Shown in pieces: positions 62,401 through 64,000 of a DNA stretch of 64,000 nt. The stretch's first letter is position 1; each line of letters starts with the position of its first letter. Under the pieces are notes generated by a model. That model made no database searches. It had not been told where the DNA came from and saw only the letters and a list, made by a program, of their open reading frames with translations. The position numbers were made by a program, and so were the translations under genes. This stretch comes from an uncultured Lachnospiraceae bacterium (GTDB taxonomy: Bacteria > Bacillota > Clostridia > Lachnospirales > Lachnospiraceae), in the NCBI GenBank assembly GCA_947305245.1, contig CAMZDG010000005.1, positions 26,891 to 90,890 of the forward strand. Reading direction: 5' to 3'.

Positions 62401-63106
62401 AAGTTACGTGATCACTTCCGTGGCAGGAAAGCTGACGGTGAATCCGAGACCCTTGACGATACTCGCGGACGCAAAGGACAAGACCATTGGAAGTGAGGAT
62501 CCTGAACTGACCTATCAGGCGAAGGGTCTTGTTGGCAGTGACGTGATCACCGGAAGCCTGGAGAGAGAAGAAGGGGAAGCCATTGGCATTTATGCGATCA
62601 AGAAGGGAACGCTTTCGGCCAGCTCGAATTATCAGATGACCTATCAGGGAGCAAACCTTGTGATCACCCAGAAGAAGGATTATTTGGGTGAGCTGTATGC
62701 GAAGCTGAATCAGGCAATCGCCCTCGGCGGAAAGCAGACGGTTTACTGGAATCAGGGAACGGCGCTGCCTTATAACGTCATGAAAATGTTGGAGATGCAT
62801 CCGGACGTCACGCTTGTCTTTTCTTACGGCTATGAGGGCAGGGAATACTCCGTGACGCTGTCAGGGGTATACGTAAAGGCAGACGCAGGCATTTCGTGGT
62901 ATGGTCCCCTTTATCTCTATGAGAAATATGGACAGATCAAGAGCGACAGCTTTGTAAATCAGGAAGCGCGCGTTTATGTCGTGGTACGCGGGGATACCTT
63001 GAGCAAACTCGCCAGACGGTTCCACGTTACGGTAAACCACCTTGTTGCCATGAATAAGATTAAAAACAGGAATCTGATCCGTGTTGGACAGCGCCTGAAA
63101 TACTAA
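59423..63106 (+). CDS. Large surface protein: signal/TM, DUF11-like, beta-rich, InlB-B-repeat-like and MBG-like repeats, C-terminal LysM
   Basis: About five TI-x-A/S...TY(D/N/S)G repeats; ADAKDKTIG.EDPELTY; YVVVRGDTLSKLA...NLIRVGQRL. Confidence 0.85.
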   Translation: MRKTKKRLIISGILGMVLMLALVLSNFIGLYPSTQTKAADDQGGVDLCIKLEASPDPSSGQLKLGDAITVTATVLNGGNIDATGVCVEFDISKHWRIDHTETDTGAFSDSVWTVGDLDLGKTAVLSITATVTAYTDESDPKDVITFSGNAKCNETDTSLSNNSDAIEPFTLPETEYPLWIGGVQVTQDNCNKKDENHWSYDSKTHTLTLEDYTYYSIIPSNNSVIYYNGDKDLTIVLQGVNTILADTDEKINTYNLVAIDNENCTLTITGSGSITINTTGLWDEYNASIFSKGPIVFQGGSVSVGDQYNAAHGIQSEKSVTVKYGITSLVAVAGMYAGNTAISGIVYSDVPGKYSQQSLNFSYDLTDVNGVEFSYRKVVFPLNGKYLLVYDPGNYGVGSMASTVVAIGDTYIFPECTFESSDRKFVFSRWEMSGIDLIAAPGLEQPIADNCLSDGKIVVTACWKELTQEATIKTDCTGITSDFDGTEKNLITAGEATNGTMNYAIGEDNVTAPTLGWSAVIPKAMAAGTYYVWYKARGDRQNYCDSGAKCVVVKINPATVTASVADATAEYSGSKQSGNDSVTFQGLLSGHTATINYTPASGKLVSAYNNGSFDKNSFQVKDANGKDVTGGYQLGTLTPGKLTITNRKTPFEIEVKAKSVSEEYNGKPKSATGFETLNFTVNGNAFTVSGLTTSDPSSVKKCNNVPNTISGTVVVKDGDGNDVTAQFAVSTVNGSLTITENTKDLSISSSTKSWTYDGVSHMDEKYTVTYDGANITADGTGKVFTLSTGDTVTITPAATGVKDVGTYSNNNEYSYVLTNADQYSNVTKQKGTLSIDPKDVTITAQDKKFTYDGTAQSWPYYDVDGLVGEDAITAVITGSITCPDEGTVTNQVASYTFASGTAGNYAVTMADGQLTMVNASNAITITAASREWTYDATAHSDGTVTVTSGALFTGDALVATATGSVTGVADTADGNNPIAAGYRIMHGDKDVTASYVITSVAGKLTVNPRPLTILADAKDKTIGSEDPELTYQAKGLVGSDVITGSLEREEGEAIGIYAIKKGTLSASSNYQMTYQGANLVITQKKDYLGELYAKLNQAIALGGKQTVYWNQGTALPYNVMKMLEMHPDVTLVFSYGYEGREYSVTLSGVYVKADAGISWYGPLYLYEKYGQIKSDSFVNQEARVYVVVRGDTLSKLARRFHVTVNHLVAMNKIKNRNLIRVGQRLKY

Positions 63107-63149
63107 AGAATAAAAAGAGAGACGAAAAGGCAAAGCGGAGGAATTAGAA

Positions 63150-64000
63150 GTGAATGTTAGGGAAGAAGCAAAGAAGGTGAAACTGGCGGCGCCGTATATG
63201 GCGGCAGCATCCTTGAAAGTCAGAACGCAGGCGCTTCAGAATATCGTTATGGCGCTGGAGGATCACAGGGAAGAGATCTTTCAGGCCAATGCGCTGGACG
63301 TGCAGGCGGCGGTGGACGCAGGCGTTGCACAGGCGGTGATCAAGCGCCTAAAGTTTGACGAGAATAAGCTGCGGGATGCCATCGCCGGCCTTCGTCAGAT
63401 GGCGGAGCTGAAAGATCCGCTTGGGAAGGTAACGCTGAAAAGGGAACTGGATCAAGGGCTTTTGCTACAGCGCGTGACCGTGCCCATTGGCGTGATCGGC
63501 GTGATCTTCGAAGCGCGTCCGGATGCGCTGATCCAGATCTCCGCACTTTGCATCATGAGCGGAAATTGTGCGATCTTAAAGGGCGGCAAGGAGACGGCGG
63601 GGACGAATAAGGTTCTGTTCGAGCTGGTGCACCAAGCAGCCGTGGAGGCGGGACTTCCCGAGGGCTGTCTGCTTCAGGTGGAGCTGCATAATGAGATCGA
63701 TGAGCTCTTAAAGTGTCAGGGTGAGGTGGACCTTCTGATCCCGAGGGGTTCCAATAAGTTTGTACAATATATCATGGACAATACGAACATTCCCGTGATG
63801 GGACATGCGGCCGGCATCTGCCATATTTATCTGGACGAGAAGGCAGATCTCGCCGAGGCCGTTCCCGTTATCTTGGATGCAAAGACGCAGTACCCGGCGG
63901 TATGTAATGCCGTGGAAACGCTGCTGGTGAACCGAAAGATCGCTGATACGGCGCTGCCCATGGTTTTGAACGCTTTGGTGCAAGCGGGCGTTAAGCTTCG
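63150..64000 (+). CDS. proA: Glutamate-5-semialdehyde dehydrogenase (5' part, runs off the window)
   Basis: GTG 63150 after GGAGG; frame reads PIGVIGVIFEARPD, SGNCAILKGGKE, LLIPRGS, GICHIY, AVCNAVETLL. Confidence 0.93.
   Translation, partial: MNVREEAKKVKLAAPYMAAASLKVRTQALQNIVMALEDHREEIFQANALDVQAAVDAGVAQAVIKRLKFDENKLRDAIAGLRQMAELKDPLGKVTLKRELDQGLLLQRVTVPIGVIGVIFEARPDALIQISALCIMSGNCAILKGGKETAGTNKVLFELVHQAAVEAGLPEGCLLQVELHNEIDELLKCQGEVDLLIPRGSNKFVQYIMDNTNIPVMGHAAGICHIYLDEKADLAEAVPVILDAKTQYPAVCNAVETLLVNRKIADTALPMVLNALVQAGVKL

Noticed and set aside
16604-62800. Long antisense ORFs (e.g. 16604-17566, 18751-19644, 35120-36013, 57928-58959, 61781-62800)
   Set aside because: Shadow frames of well-supported genes with biased codon usage; no motifs or RBS
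1-64000. tRNA, rRNA, riboswitch or IS element
   Set aside because: No cloverleaf, rRNA-like tract, recognisable riboswitch consensus or transposase ORF was seen; an Infernal/tRNAscan run would be needed to exclude weak ncRNAs

Overview
64 kb of chromosome from a moderately GC-rich Bacillota, most likely Lachnospiraceae-like and hemicellulose-degrading (inferred from gene content and AGGAGG-type RBSs). About 65 CDS, almost all on the + strand. No rRNA, tRNA, CRISPR-cas, integrase or transposase was recognised. In order: an OmpR-type two-component system followed by a VTC / DUF4956 / Cthe_2159-like lipoprotein operon; an HtrA-like pseudoprotease, yhaM and rlmD; an accessory run of GNAT, APH-like, glycosylase, HAD and regulator genes after the rlmD 3' end; a CE1 esterase; an HD-RyR fusion protein; an ABC transporter with a LytTR regulatory system (LRS); MoxR-DUF58-transglutaminase; a stand-alone MotA/ExbB + ExbD-like membrane operon; a heterodimeric ABC exporter; XRE/CPBP genes and a second LRS; gpx-ohrR; an ECF sigma / anti-sigma / DUF4097 operon; a GH10 xylanase; a repeat-dense interval (52.0-55.6 kb) holding two different 52-bp-period palindromic arrays and a 19-bp VNTR; 2-hydroxyacyl-CoA dehydratase genes; a large LysM surface protein; and the 5' part of proA. 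Best candidates for undescribed biology: (1) the ExbB/ExbD-like ion-motor operon in a monoderm with no TonB, flagellar or Zorya partners; (2) the twin 52-bp arrays; (3) the HD-RyR protein; (4) a two-gene operon of apparently dead enzyme folds behind a perfect LacI-type operator; (5) several small ORFs with strong RBSs that the ORF track missed. Family assignments come from motif recognition only; no database search was run.
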